NCBI GenBank assembly: GCA_023253415.1
Contig: JALRGK010000036.1
Location: 1 to 37,822, forward strand
Direction: 5' to 3'
Length of the DNA: 37,822 nt
DNA from: Rhodocyclaceae bacterium
GTDB taxonomy: Bacteria > Pseudomonadota > Gammaproteobacteria > Burkholderiales > Rhodocyclaceae
In this document: positions 11,053 through 19,780 of the stretch, in pieces
How the letters are laid out: each line of letters opens with the position of its first letter
Position numbering within the stretch: position 1 is the first letter of the stretch
Notes under the pieces: model-generated
What the model was told of the DNA's origin: nothing
Seen by the model: the letters and a program-made list of their open reading frames with translations, nothing else
Databases searched by the model: none
Program-made: the position numbers and the translations under genes

Positions 11053-11858
11053 AACTTGCGCATGATGCTGCAAATGTCGGTACCAATCCCGCTGGCCAGA
11101 TATTGGGCGGTGCCTTTAGCGGCCTGGGAAAGTTCCTGAATCCGTTCAGGTTCACTGGCCGAGAATTTGTTCAGGGTCACGGAACCGGTTTTACCGGTAT
11201 TGTCTGAATAACGACCAATCTGTCGCAGGCGCCGTGTTTCGTAGACGCGTACATAGGCAGCCCCTTCCAGCGTGTTATCTGTCAGACCATTTTTGACCTG
11301 AATTGACGTCATCCCGGCTTGCAGGAAAAAACGGTAGGGCGCGGCATACTGCGGAAAATCGGCCGGTAGATTCAGGTTACTTTGAAACCAGGTTGCTTTA
11401 TCCGTATCGAGGGCTTGGGGATAAATCACGGCATCAATGCCACAGTTGTTCAGCTGTTCGGCGATCCGGTTGGAGAAATAGACAGGTAGGTTTGCTGCGC
11501 TGACCGCCTGAACCACATCCTGACGATTTTCTTTAAGCGTTGCCGAAGCCTCTGCTTGTGAAGCGACGTGACTGCCAGCCGTTGACCCTGCCAGACTACC
11601 GGCTAATCCGGCAATGGGCCCAACGACCATGCTACCCAGAATGCCCCCGGCGGTACTGGCCTTGTCCGAGATCACACTGGTGGTGATGGCACCACTCGGA
11701 ATAATCAAAACACGGAACGTGCCTTTTTTAGGCGCTGATCTCGGTGCCGTGTCGACAACGTCAGCAACCTGACCCGACTGGTTGATTTTTAATGGGCCGG
11801 AAGTGCATGCGGTGAGGCAGAGTAGGAGCAGGGCATGTAGATAGAAGGGTTTGTGCAT
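11049..11858 (-). CDS. Hypothetical lipoprotein with glycine-zipper-like segment
   Basis: Lipobox LTAC (Cys18) after a hydrophobic stretch; [26 protein letters not shown] glycine-zipper pattern; ATG preceded by an AT-rich intergenic gap. Family not recognised. Confidence 0.75.
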   Translation of the reverse strand: MHKPFYLHALLLLCLTACTSGPLKINQSGQVADVVDTAPRSAPKKGTFRVLIIPSGAITTSVISDKASTAGGILGSMVVGPIAGLAGSLAGSTAGSHVASQAEASATLKENRQDVVQAVSAANLPVYFSNRIAEQLNNCGIDAVIYPQALDTDKATWFQSNLNLPADFPQYAAPYRFFLQAGMTSIQVKNGLTDNTLEGAAYVRVYETRRLRQIGRYSDNTGKTGSVTLNKFSASEPERIQELSQAAKGTAQYLASGIGTDICSIMRKF

Positions 11859-12009
11859 GAATAGAGAGGCCTGGCCGTTTGTCGATCCGGTGCAATTCTG
11901 ACTTAATTATGGAACAATGGCATCAGGAACGTTTGCAAGCGCACATTGAGATGCGATGCACGACCTAGCGTCAGGCGCTGGTGTTGGTGCGTTCAGGAGG
12001 GGGAGAGGT

Positions 12010-12525
12010 ATGACCAGAGTACTGTTCGTTTGCATGGGTAATATCTGCCGTTCGCCGACTGCAGAAGCTGTTTTTCGCAGGCTGGCGGCACAGCGGGGTT
12101 TGCTGGGTGAGCTTGAAATCGATTCGGCGGGAACGCATGGTTACCATGTCGGCGAATCACCTGATGCGCGTACCCAACGAGCTGCTGCCGAACGTAAGTA
12201 TGACTTGTCATTGATTCGTGCTCGAAAAGTGGCGCCCGAGGATCTGGAGTATTTCGATCTGGTGCTGGCGATGGACCGCAGTAATCTCGAATCCTTGCGA
12301 AAGTTGTGTCCGGCAAACCGCTTGCATCGACTCAAGCTCTTCATGAGTTATGCCCGCCAGTTTGATGATGATGAAGTCCCCGACCCGTACTATGGCCTTG
12401 CGCATGATTTTGATCTGGTGCTCGATATGATCGAGGACGCTGCTGAAGGCTTGCTGGATAGTATTTTGCGCGAACGTGGCGATCGAGAGCCCACCAAAAC
12501 AACAGCCCGGGCTAAAGTAAGTTAA
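12010..12525 (+). CDS. ptpA: Low-molecular-weight protein-tyrosine phosphatase
   Basis: VLFVCMGNICRSPTAE P-loop, DSAGT, VPDPYYG. Start moved to ATG 12010, which follows a strong purine-rich RBS (AGGAGGGGGAGAGG). Confidence 0.92.
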   Translation: MTRVLFVCMGNICRSPTAEAVFRRLAAQRGLLGELEIDSAGTHGYHVGESPDARTQRAAAERKYDLSLIRARKVAPEDLEYFDLVLAMDRSNLESLRKLCPANRLHRLKLFMSYARQFDDDEVPDPYYGLAHDFDLVLDMIEDAAEGLLDSILRERGDREPTKTTARAKVS

Positions 12526-12547
12526 GGCCTTAACCAAACAGCGGATG

Positions 12548-12580
12548 AAAAAAACCGCGCATCGAATTGCGCGGTTTTTT
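12548..12580. terminator. Bidirectional intrinsic terminator between ptpA and rne
   Basis: AAAAAAACCGCGCA-tcgaat-TGCGCGGTTTTTT: GC-rich stem flanked by A and T tracts. Confidence 0.88.
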
Positions 12581-12597
12581 ATTACGTCAAGCAGGGA

Positions 12598-15267
12598 TTA
12601 CTCCTTGCGGGTTTCTACCATTTGTAACGGTTCGTCAACGACCACCGGCTTGGCCCGAGGGGTACGAGGTTTTCTGACGGGCTTTTCTGTTGGCGTAGCA
12701 GCAACTGCGGCACGTTTTTCCGGGCTGGTTTCAACCATCTGTAAGCCAATAGCTTCCAGAGCGACCGTTGAAGGCACCGACGGTACAGCGACTGCTGCCG
12801 GCTTTTCGACCACTTGCGCGACAGCCACTTCGGTAACTTCAATTGCGGGTGCGACGACCGGCGCAGCCTCGGCAACCGGTGTGGCTACAGGTGCTGCAGG
12901 TATTTCCACAGCGGGTGCCGCAACTTCAGCATAGACAGGGGTCCGTGCTGATGTTTCGGTGACAACGACGGTCGCCTCAGTCACGATGAGCGGTGCGGCA
13001 GTTGCTGGAGCAGCGGTATCGCTGACGTCATTCGTGCTATCACTGTTGTTACTGTCGTTGCTCTGGCGATCACCGCGTTCGCGACGACCACCGCGACGAC
13101 CGCGGCGACGTCCATTGCCACCTGTGCCGGTGTTTTCGGCAGCGGCTTCTGCGGGCGCTTGACCTTCAACCTGGGTGATCACAGCCGTTTCGCTTGCGGC
13201 TTCCGTGACCGGATTCTGCGAGTCGGCAGCAGTAGCGGGGTTGGCGTTGCGTTCTCCGCGGTTGCCACGACCACCGCGGCGACGGTTGTTGCCTCCCTGG
13301 CTGGTCTGGGCATTATCTTCTGTGGCGCTTTCAGCTGCCGGGTTGGTGGTACGTTCACCACGGTTGTTGCGACGACCATCCTGACCTTCGCCTCGGCGGT
13401 TGTTGCGACGGCCATCCTGGCCTTCGCCACGCTGACCACGCTCGCCACGTCCCTGGCGGCTTTCGCTGTCCCCCGATTGACGGCGACCATTGCTACGACC
13501 TTCACGGGGCTCGCGCGGGGTGCGCGGACGTGCGGTTTCAACCGGCGGCTTTTTCTTGGTGTCACCACTCAGCCAGCTAAAGAGCTTGCTGATAAAGCCG
13601 GACTTTTCTTCCGGAATCGGTTCGCTTGGTGTCGTCGATTCCATGGAGATCGGTGCCGGTTGGGCGGGGGCAATATTACGGATGGCGGCCTGCTGGCGAT
13701 GCTGGTTCTTCTGCTGTTCAGCGGTATAGGCCGGCTGTTCATTCAGGGTCAGATCGACCATCTTGTAGGATGGTTCGCGCACATCTTCCTGGTTCAGTTC
13801 GTCATGACGCAGACGCTGAATCTGATGTGCCGGGGTTTCCAGATGCTTGTTTGGCAAAATTAGAATCGTGATCTTGTGACGCAGTTCAATCGCCTGGATA
13901 TCGGCACGCTTCTCATTGAGTAGGAAGGTGGCAACATCGACTGGTACTTGAGTATGAACAGCGGCCGTGTTCTCCTTCATCGCCTCTTCTTCAAGGATTC
14001 GCAGGATGTGCAGGGCAGCCGATTCAGTTGAGCGGATATGGCCGGTACCGGTACAGCGCGGGCAGGTGATGTAAGAGGTTTCAGCCAGGGCTGGACGCAG
14101 ACGCTGGCGCGACAGCTCCAGCAGGCCAAACCGGCTGATTTTGCTGGTCTGAACGCGGGCACGGTCGTGATGCAGGGCGTCACGCAGACGGTTTTCGACT
14201 TCGCGCTGATTCCGGGCACTTTCCATGTCGATGAAGTCGATGACGATCAGACCACCGAGGTCGCGCAAACGCAACTGGCGGGCGATTTCGTCAGCTGCTT
14301 CCAGGTTGGTCTTCAGTGCAGTCTCTTCGATATCGCTGCCCTTGGTCGAGCGACCCGAGTTGACGTCGACCGATACCAGGGCTTCCGTATGGTCGATGAC
14401 GATGGCGCCACCGGCCGGCAGGTTAACCTGACGAGCGTAGGCAGATTCGATCTGGTGTTCGATCTGGAAGCGGGAGAAGAGCGGGACGTCGTCGCGATAG
14501 CGTTTGACGCGGTTAACGTTGTTCGGCATGACCTGGCTCATGAAGGCCTGGGCTTGCTCGAAAATATCATCTGTATCGATGAGAATTTCACCGATGTCCG
14601 GTTGGAAGTAGTCGCGGATAGCACGAATGACCAGGCTGCCTTCCTGGAAAATCAGCAGCGGCGCTGTGTTGTCTTTGGCTACGGAGTCAATGGCGGTCCA
14701 CAGCTGCATCAGGTAGTTGAGGTCCCACTGCAGCTCTTCAGCCGTACGACCAATGGCAGCGGTACGGGCGATCAGACTCATGCCTTCCGGGACGGTCAGC
14801 TGGGCCATTGCGTCACGCAGTTCCGAACGGTCATCCCCTTCGACACGGCGCGAAACACCGCCGCCACGCGGATTGTTCGGCATGAGCACCAGATAACGAC
14901 CGGCCAGGGAGACATAGGTCGTCAGGGCAGCCCCCTTGTTGCCACGCTCATCTTTGTCGACCTGAACGATGAGCTCCTGACCCTCTTTCAGGGTTTCCTG
15001 CATTTTCGCGCGGCTACCTTCGCCATTCGGTGCGTAGTATTCGCGGGCGATTTCCTTGAAGGGCAGGAAGCCATGGCGGTCAGCACCGTAGTTTACGAAC
15101 ACGGCTTCTAGCGACGGTTCGATACGGGTGATGACCCCTTTGTAGATATTGCTCTTGCGTTGTTCTTTGGATGCGGATTCGATATCGAGGTCGATCAGTT
15201 TCTGACCTTCGACAATCGCGACGCGTAATTCTTCCGCTTGCGTCGCATTAAATAGCATGCGTTTCAT
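12598..15267 (-). CDS. rne: Ribonuclease E
   Basis: MKRMLFNATQAEELRVA start (ATG 15267), S1 domain, DVNSGR, DFIDM, CPRCTGTG Zn-link, amphipathic membrane-targeting helix GFISKLFSWLSG, R/G-rich disordered CTD. Confidence 0.97.
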   Translation of the reverse strand: MKRMLFNATQAEELRVAIVEGQKLIDLDIESASKEQRKSNIYKGVITRIEPSLEAVFVNYGADRHGFLPFKEIAREYYAPNGEGSRAKMQETLKEGQELIVQVDKDERGNKGAALTTYVSLAGRYLVLMPNNPRGGGVSRRVEGDDRSELRDAMAQLTVPEGMSLIARTAAIGRTAEELQWDLNYLMQLWTAIDSVAKDNTAPLLIFQEGSLVIRAIRDYFQPDIGEILIDTDDIFEQAQAFMSQVMPNNVNRVKRYRDDVPLFSRFQIEHQIESAYARQVNLPAGGAIVIDHTEALVSVDVNSGRSTKGSDIEETALKTNLEAADEIARQLRLRDLGGLIVIDFIDMESARNQREVENRLRDALHHDRARVQTSKISRFGLLELSRQRLRPALAETSYITCPRCTGTGHIRSTESAALHILRILEEEAMKENTAAVHTQVPVDVATFLLNEKRADIQAIELRHKITILILPNKHLETPAHQIQRLRHDELNQEDVREPSYKMVDLTLNEQPAYTAEQQKNQHRQQAAIRNIAPAQPAPISMESTTPSEPIPEEKSGFISKLFSWLSGDTKKKPPVETARPRTPREPREGRSNGRRQSGDSESRQGRGERGQRGEGQDGRRNNRRGEGQDGRRNNRGERTTNPAAESATEDNAQTSQGGNNRRRGGRGNRGERNANPATAADSQNPVTEAASETAVITQVEGQAPAEAAAENTGTGGNGRRRGRRGGRRERGDRQSNDSNNSDSTNDVSDTAAPATAAPLIVTEATVVVTETSARTPVYAEVAAPAVEIPAAPVATPVAEAAPVVAPAIEVTEVAVAQVVEKPAAVAVPSVPSTVALEAIGLQMVETSPEKRAAVAATPTEKPVRKPRTPRAKPVVVDEPLQMVETRKE
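13361..13428 (-). repeat. 36-bp-period tandem duplication inside the rne CTD (GEGQDGRRNNR x2)
   Basis: cggttgttgcgacgaccatcctgaccttcgcc (13361) vs cggttgttgcgacggccatcctggccttcgcc (13397): 30/32 identical. Confidence 0.85.
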
Positions 15268-15665
15268 GGATGGTGCTCCAAAAGCACCGGCACCCACAAT
15301 CCCGTGGCAGGGTCTGAACTACAATCGGTGGACGGGGCCGCGCGGCGTGCTCTCAAGGCGAGGCAGGGGATATCCTGAGTGGATCCCAAGCCGGACGTAC
15401 GGACGGGTGACCGATTAAGACCGGCAGGCTTTGTCATCGCAGGGATGCATGGCCTACCGTTGCTGCATTCGGGACTGCAAACGCCGGGCGTGTGTCAGTC
15501 GGTGACGGCTGCTTGTGTTCGTCTGGGCCAGTCGTCATAGCCCGGTTTGGCTGCGCCGGATGGTCACGAATCACGAACGCGTGGATCGACGATCTCGGGT
15601 CGGAATCCGGGCAGATCGATCCGGCTAACGCCGATAAGCGACCTGCTGGCAGCACAAACGTGTAG
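15268..15665 (-). promoter_or_regulatory. Long rne 5' leader (probable structured autoregulatory UTR)
   Basis: About 400-bp GC-rich non-coding gap between rne and rluC in an otherwise packed window. Candidate -10 TATACT on the - strand at 15666-15671. Long rne leaders are established in Proteobacteria. Confidence 0.55.
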
Positions 15666-15675
15666 AGTATAAGGT

Positions 15676-16770
15676 ATGTCACGCAGTAATAGAATGGCTT
15701 CGACCCCAATCCGCAAAAAAACTTCCTCGGGAGTTGCTGCGGGGGCTATAAAGTTAAAAAAAACAACGAACTCTGAGAGTTTTGTGCCGCCACTCCATGC
15801 CGCCACCTCTCATGCGGTAGTGCAGCGCCGCACCATTGGTCCGGAAGAAGCGGGTCAACGCTTGGACAACTATCTGCTTCGACACCTGAAGGGTGTGCCG
15901 AAAAGCCGTATCTATCGTATTGTCCGTAGCGGTGAGGTGCGGATCAACGGTGGCCGCTGTCAGCCAGATCAACGACTATTCGAAGGGGATGAGCTCAGGT
16001 TGCCACCCGTTCGCTGTGAAGTCTTCTCGGAGGAAAAGCCGCCGGTCGCCCCGATGATTGACCTGCCGATTCTGTATGAAGATGAGGCTCTGGTTGCCTT
16101 GAATAAACCCGCCGGCATTGCGGTCCATGGCGGCAGCGGCTTGGCATGGGGGCTGATCGAAGCGCTGCGCGCCCAGCGTCCTGGCGCCCGGTTTCTTGAA
16201 TTGGCTCATCGCCTGGACCGGGAAACTTCCGGCGTGCTCCTGGTGGCTAAAAAGCGGGCAGCACTGCTTGGTTTGCACGATATGTTCCGTGAACAGCGAG
16301 GTGACAAGCGTTACCTGGCACTCGTGCCCGGTGTTTGGAAGGAGAGGTCTCTGCAGGTCACGCTGCCGCTCTACAAGTATCTGACACCGGAAGGAGAGCG
16401 CCGTGTCCGCATCGCCAAGGGGCGTGATTTGCAAAGCCCGGAGGTTAAGCCGGCTGAAACGCATTTCCGGTTGCGAGAGCAGTATCCCGGGTATGCCCTC
16501 GTTGAGGCCCGTTTAAAAACGGGTCGAACACACCAGATTCGGGTACATCTGGCTGCGCTGGGCTATCCGATCGTCGGTGATGATAAATACGGTGATTTCG
16601 TCTTGAACAAGTCTCTGGCACAAAGTAAGCAGCTAGAACGTATGTTTCTGCATGCAGCCAGCATGCGTTGTCGGCACCCTGTGACCGGTGAACCGCTGGG
16701 TATTGACGCACCTTTGCCGCCAGAGTTGGACCGCTTTCTAAATATCATCAGCCATGCGCATTCCTCATGA
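15676..16770 (+). CDS. rluC: 23S rRNA pseudouridine synthase RluC (RluA family with S4 domain)
   Basis: GQRLDNYL...KGVPKSRIYRIVRSGEVRING S4 domain, NKPAGIAVHGGSG, HRLDRETSG, TGRTHQIRVH; divergent from rne. True start uncertain (15676, 15694 or later). Confidence 0.93.
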   Translation: MSRSNRMASTPIRKKTSSGVAAGAIKLKKTTNSESFVPPLHAATSHAVVQRRTIGPEEAGQRLDNYLLRHLKGVPKSRIYRIVRSGEVRINGGRCQPDQRLFEGDELRLPPVRCEVFSEEKPPVAPMIDLPILYEDEALVALNKPAGIAVHGGSGLAWGLIEALRAQRPGARFLELAHRLDRETSGVLLVAKKRAALLGLHDMFREQRGDKRYLALVPGVWKERSLQVTLPLYKYLTPEGERRVRIAKGRDLQSPEVKPAETHFRLREQYPGYALVEARLKTGRTHQIRVHLAALGYPIVGDDKYGDFVLNKSLAQSKQLERMFLHAASMRCRHPVTGEPLGIDAPLPPELDRFLNIISHAHSS

Positions 16771-17435
16771 ATTACATTAACAATCGATCGTATGACCTTG
16801 TTGTATTTGACTGGGATGGGACTCTACTTGATTCTACCGGCGCGATTGTAAAAGCCATCCAGGCGGCCAGTCGGGATATCGGTGTCACACCACCCAGCGA
16901 TGAAAAGGCGCGCTATGTGATTGGTATGGGCTTGCGCGAGGCGCTAATGCACGCCGTGCCCGAGTTGCCGGCTTCTCACTACGATGATCTGGTTAACGCT
17001 TACCGCAAGCACTATCTGTCAGGTGACCATGAGCTCACCCTGTTCGAGGGGGTTGAGGGCTTATTGCAGGCATTACAAGCAGAGCACCGCTGGATCGCCG
17101 TAGCGACGGGCAAAAGTCGTTTGGGCTTGGACCGGGCTCTGGGTCATAGCGGCCTGGGGCGCTATTTCGATACCACCCGCACGGCCGATGAAACCCGGAG
17201 TAAACCGCATCCGCAAATGCTGGAAGAAATCATGAACCAGTTTGCGGTAGATCCGGCGCGAACCCTCATGATCGGCGATACAACACATGATTTGCAGATG
17301 GCCCAAAATGCGGGTGCTCATGGCCTGGGTATTACCCATGGCGCACACCCTGTTGCTGCGCTGAAAGATTGTCAGCCGGTGGGTCTGGTGGGCTCGATTT
17401 CAGACCTTGCAAACTGGATGAAAATAAACGGTTAA
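16767..17435 (+). CDS. HAD-IA family hydrolase (phosphoglycolate phosphatase-like)
   Basis: FDWDGTLLDS motif I, ATGK, SKPHP, MIGDTTHD. Confidence 0.9.
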   Translation: MNYINNRSYDLVVFDWDGTLLDSTGAIVKAIQAASRDIGVTPPSDEKARYVIGMGLREALMHAVPELPASHYDDLVNAYRKHYLSGDHELTLFEGVEGLLQALQAEHRWIAVATGKSRLGLDRALGHSGLGRYFDTTRTADETRSKPHPQMLEEIMNQFAVDPARTLMIGDTTHDLQMAQNAGAHGLGITHGAHPVAALKDCQPVGLVGSISDLANWMKING

Positions 17436-17442
17436 CCCGCTG

Positions 17443-18189
17443 TTATTGTTTGAACAAAAAGACTGCTGGCCGCTTCTCAAGGACAGGGGCAGCCGCGTTT
17501 TTCCAGCCTGCGATGCTTCTGGTCACAATAAGCTGGCTGGGCATAGTTAGGTCGGCCGCTACGCACAGTTGCGTATTCGGTTTAAGTCCGTTGAGTAGGC
17601 TCTCGAAGAAGGCGCGGTTGCGATACGGGGTTTCGATCACGATCTGGGTTTGGCCAAAACGACGGGACTCTTCTTCCAGCTTTGAGAGTGCCTGTTTGCG
17701 ACCCGCTTCATCCTGGGGTAAGTAGCCGTGAAAGGCAAAGCATTGCCCCCCTAAGCCGGAACCCATGAGTGCCAGAAGCAGGGATGATGGGCCGATATGG
17801 GGCAATACCGGGATGTTGCGCTGATGGGCGCGTTGCACAAGGTCAGAGCCGGGGTCCGCTACGGCAGGGCAACCCGCTTCAGACAGTAGGCCAATTGGGC
17901 TTCCCGAGGTGATTGGGCTTAAAAGCGCATCCCAATCGCTGTTGTTTGCCTCGGATTTGCCCATTTTTCCTCGCCCAGGTAACTCTTTGATGCTTAATTC
18001 GGCAATAGGTACGGGCATTTCTATGGTTTTAAGGAATGCGCGAGCACTTTTTGCGTTTTCAACAACAAAATGTCGCAGATTGCGTGTTTGTTCAATTACA
18101 TCAGCCGTTAGCGACCGCGAAGGGTCTGCACCAACCAGTTCGCTTAATGGTACGGGGATCAGATGGAGGGCTGGCGTTGGGGTCGTCAT
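17443..18189 (-). CDS. SAM-dependent tetrapyrrole-methylase-family methyltransferase (RsmI-like)
   Basis: LHLIPVPL, VENAKSARAFL, LLSEAGCPAVADPG, GPSSLLLALMGSG, FAFHGYLP, IETPYRN. Confidence 0.85.
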   Translation of the reverse strand: MTTPTPALHLIPVPLSELVGADPSRSLTADVIEQTRNLRHFVVENAKSARAFLKTIEMPVPIAELSIKELPGRGKMGKSEANNSDWDALLSPITSGSPIGLLSEAGCPAVADPGSDLVQRAHQRNIPVLPHIGPSSLLLALMGSGLGGQCFAFHGYLPQDEAGRKQALSKLEEESRRFGQTQIVIETPYRNRAFFESLLNGLKPNTQLCVAADLTMPSQLIVTRSIAGWKNAAAPVLEKRPAVFLFKQ

Positions 18190-18195
18190 GCGGTT

Positions 18196-18831
18196 TTATA
18201 CCAGGAGCGGGTTAAGTCCGACACGGCGGAGTAGTCGGCACAGCGCGATGAGTGGCAAGCCGACCAAGGCGGTGGGGTCGTCCCCGCTTAACCGATCCAG
18301 CAGGGCAATGCCTAGCGCCTCTGATTTGGCGGATCCTGCGCAATCGTAAGCGGGCTCCTTGTGGAGATAGGCTTCGATTTCATCGCGCGCGAGTGTCCGG
18401 AATTCGACTTCGGTGCTGACCAGTTCTTCGTGAGATTCCCCGCTAAGGGTGTCATGGAGGCAGAGTGCGGTTTCAAAGACCACGGTTTGCCCGCTTAAGG
18501 CCATGAGTTGTTCGACGGCTTTATCGTGGCTGCCTGGTTTGCCAAATTGGCGGTCGCCCATCACCGCCACCTGGTCGCTACCAATGACGAGCGCATGTTT
18601 TTGGTCCTCTGGCAGCAGGGCAACGACGGCACGCGCTTTTTCGCGTGCGAGGCGCCGGGCCGTTGCTGCCGGGTGTTCGCCAGGGTGCGGTGTTTCATCA
18701 ATGTCCGGGCTAATGACACTGAACGGGAGCCCCAGTCGGGTCAGTAGGGCACGACGGTAGGCTGAACTGGAGCCCAGTATCAGAGGGCGGGGCGTCGGTT
18801 GGCAGGGTTGGGCGGTGGACGAAAAGGTCAT
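18196..18831 (-). CDS. yceF: Maf-family nucleotide pyrophosphatase, YceF subtype (m7GTP)
   Basis: LILGSSSAYRR, IDETP, GSDQV, GKPG, DCAGSAKSE, LVGLPL. The aromatic/Q/E signature and the position divergent from yceD fit YceF. Confidence 0.88.
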   Translation of the reverse strand: MTFSSTAQPCQPTPRPLILGSSSAYRRALLTRLGLPFSVISPDIDETPHPGEHPAATARRLAREKARAVVALLPEDQKHALVIGSDQVAVMGDRQFGKPGSHDKAVEQLMALSGQTVVFETALCLHDTLSGESHEELVSTEVEFRTLARDEIEAYLHKEPAYDCAGSAKSEALGIALLDRLSGDDPTALVGLPLIALCRLLRRVGLNPLLV

Positions 18832-18899
18832 GTTTGGTGCGCTTTCAAAGGCTTGGCGACGAATATTGCAAGAAAACAGTCAACAATTTGGTCTGCCGA

Positions 18900-18908
18900 T
18901 GGTATCAT
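18900..18908 (+). promoter_or_regulatory. Candidate extended -10 promoter (TGgTATCAT) of the yceD-rpmF-plsX-fab operon
   Basis: TGnTAnnaT match 28 nt upstream of the yceD ATG, in a divergent intergenic region. Confidence 0.45.
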
Positions 18909-18936
18909 TCGCCGTTTTTCAACGGGACAGGTCTGG

Positions 18937-19467
18937 ATGTTGTCTGCCGATTTGCCGGAAAGTTTTGACCCGGATGTCATTGCCCGCGAACATCTCGCGG
19001 TTGCTGCTGACGTGCCGGTGTCCGATTTTCCGCGGCTCGCGGATTTGCTGACCAGTTCGAAAGGCGTCGTGCGCGTCACCCTGAAAGCCTCTATGAGTGC
19101 TGATCGGCGACCGGCGACCACGATCGGATTGGTGGCCGCTCTGGAACAGTCCTGTCAGCGCTGCCTGCAGCCGGTGACTGTGATCATTGATCATGAGCAT
19201 ACGGTGGAGTGGGTGGCGGATGAGGCCGAACTGGCCCGTCTGGATGCGCTTGACGACGAATCAGCGGATCCGGACAGGGAGTTTATGCCGATGCCTGTAC
19301 CGCCTCGGGTGCAGACGATGGTGCTCGTGGAGGATGAATTGATTCTTTCCCTGCCTATCGTTCCGCGCCATGAAGTGTGTGCGCTGCCCGAAGCGGCGCC
19401 GGATCAGGCGGAAGATCATCCGTTTGCTGCGCTGGCCCAGCTCAAGTCAGCCAAGGGTTTGAATTAG
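18937..19467 (+). CDS. yceD: YceD/DUF177 23S rRNA accumulation protein
   Basis: FPRL, CQRCLQP, LVEDELILSLPIVPRH..C, HPFAALAQLK; upstream of rpmF. Start moved to ATG 18937. Confidence 0.9.
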   Translation: MLSADLPESFDPDVIAREHLAVAADVPVSDFPRLADLLTSSKGVVRVTLKASMSADRRPATTIGLVAALEQSCQRCLQPVTVIIDHEHTVEWVADEAELARLDALDDESADPDREFMPMPVPPRVQTMVLVEDELILSLPIVPRHEVCALPEAAPDQAEDHPFAALAQLKSAKGLN

Positions 19468-19542
19468 GCATTCCTGCCAGAACTTGTTCGGGCGCGTAAC
19501 AGGTAATAAACCAGCAGTACCGATTTAACCAGGAGTAACAAC

Positions 19543-19722
19543 ATGGCTGTTCAACAAAACAAAAAATCCCCGTCGAAGCGTGGTATGCACCGTGCTCATG
19601 ATTCCTTGAGCAATCCGCCGCTGGCCATCGAAGCGACGACGGGTGAAGTTCACCGCCGTCACCATATTTCGCCGTCGGGTGTCTACCGCGGTAAGAAGGT
19701 CGTTAAGACGACTGAAGCCTAA
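19543..19722 (+). CDS. rpmF: 50S ribosomal protein L32
   Basis: Missed by the ORF track (59 aa): [59 protein letters not shown]; RBS AGGAG at 19531. Confidence 0.97.
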   Translation: MAVQQNKKSPSKRGMHRAHDSLSNPPLAIEATTGEVHRRHHISPSGVYRGKKVVKTTEA

Positions 19723-19780
19723 TCGGGGCGGGTCAGGGTTTGTGCCTGGCCATGATGTTAAGCGTGAGCTTTGAACGGAT

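Noticed and set aside
13000-13560. Repetitive CGA/CCA-rich sequence as a possible CRISPR or mobile repeat
   Set aside because: It is coding low-complexity R/G/N sequence in the RNase E CTD; no repeat-spacer structure and no cas genes.
14038-15111. 357-aa + strand ORF antisense to rne
   Set aside because: Shadow ORF produced by the codon bias of a conserved gene; no recognisable motifs or RBS.
15434-15806. Small - strand ORFs in the rne-rluC gap
   Set aside because: No RBS or recognisable protein features; the gap is better explained as the rne leader and promoters.
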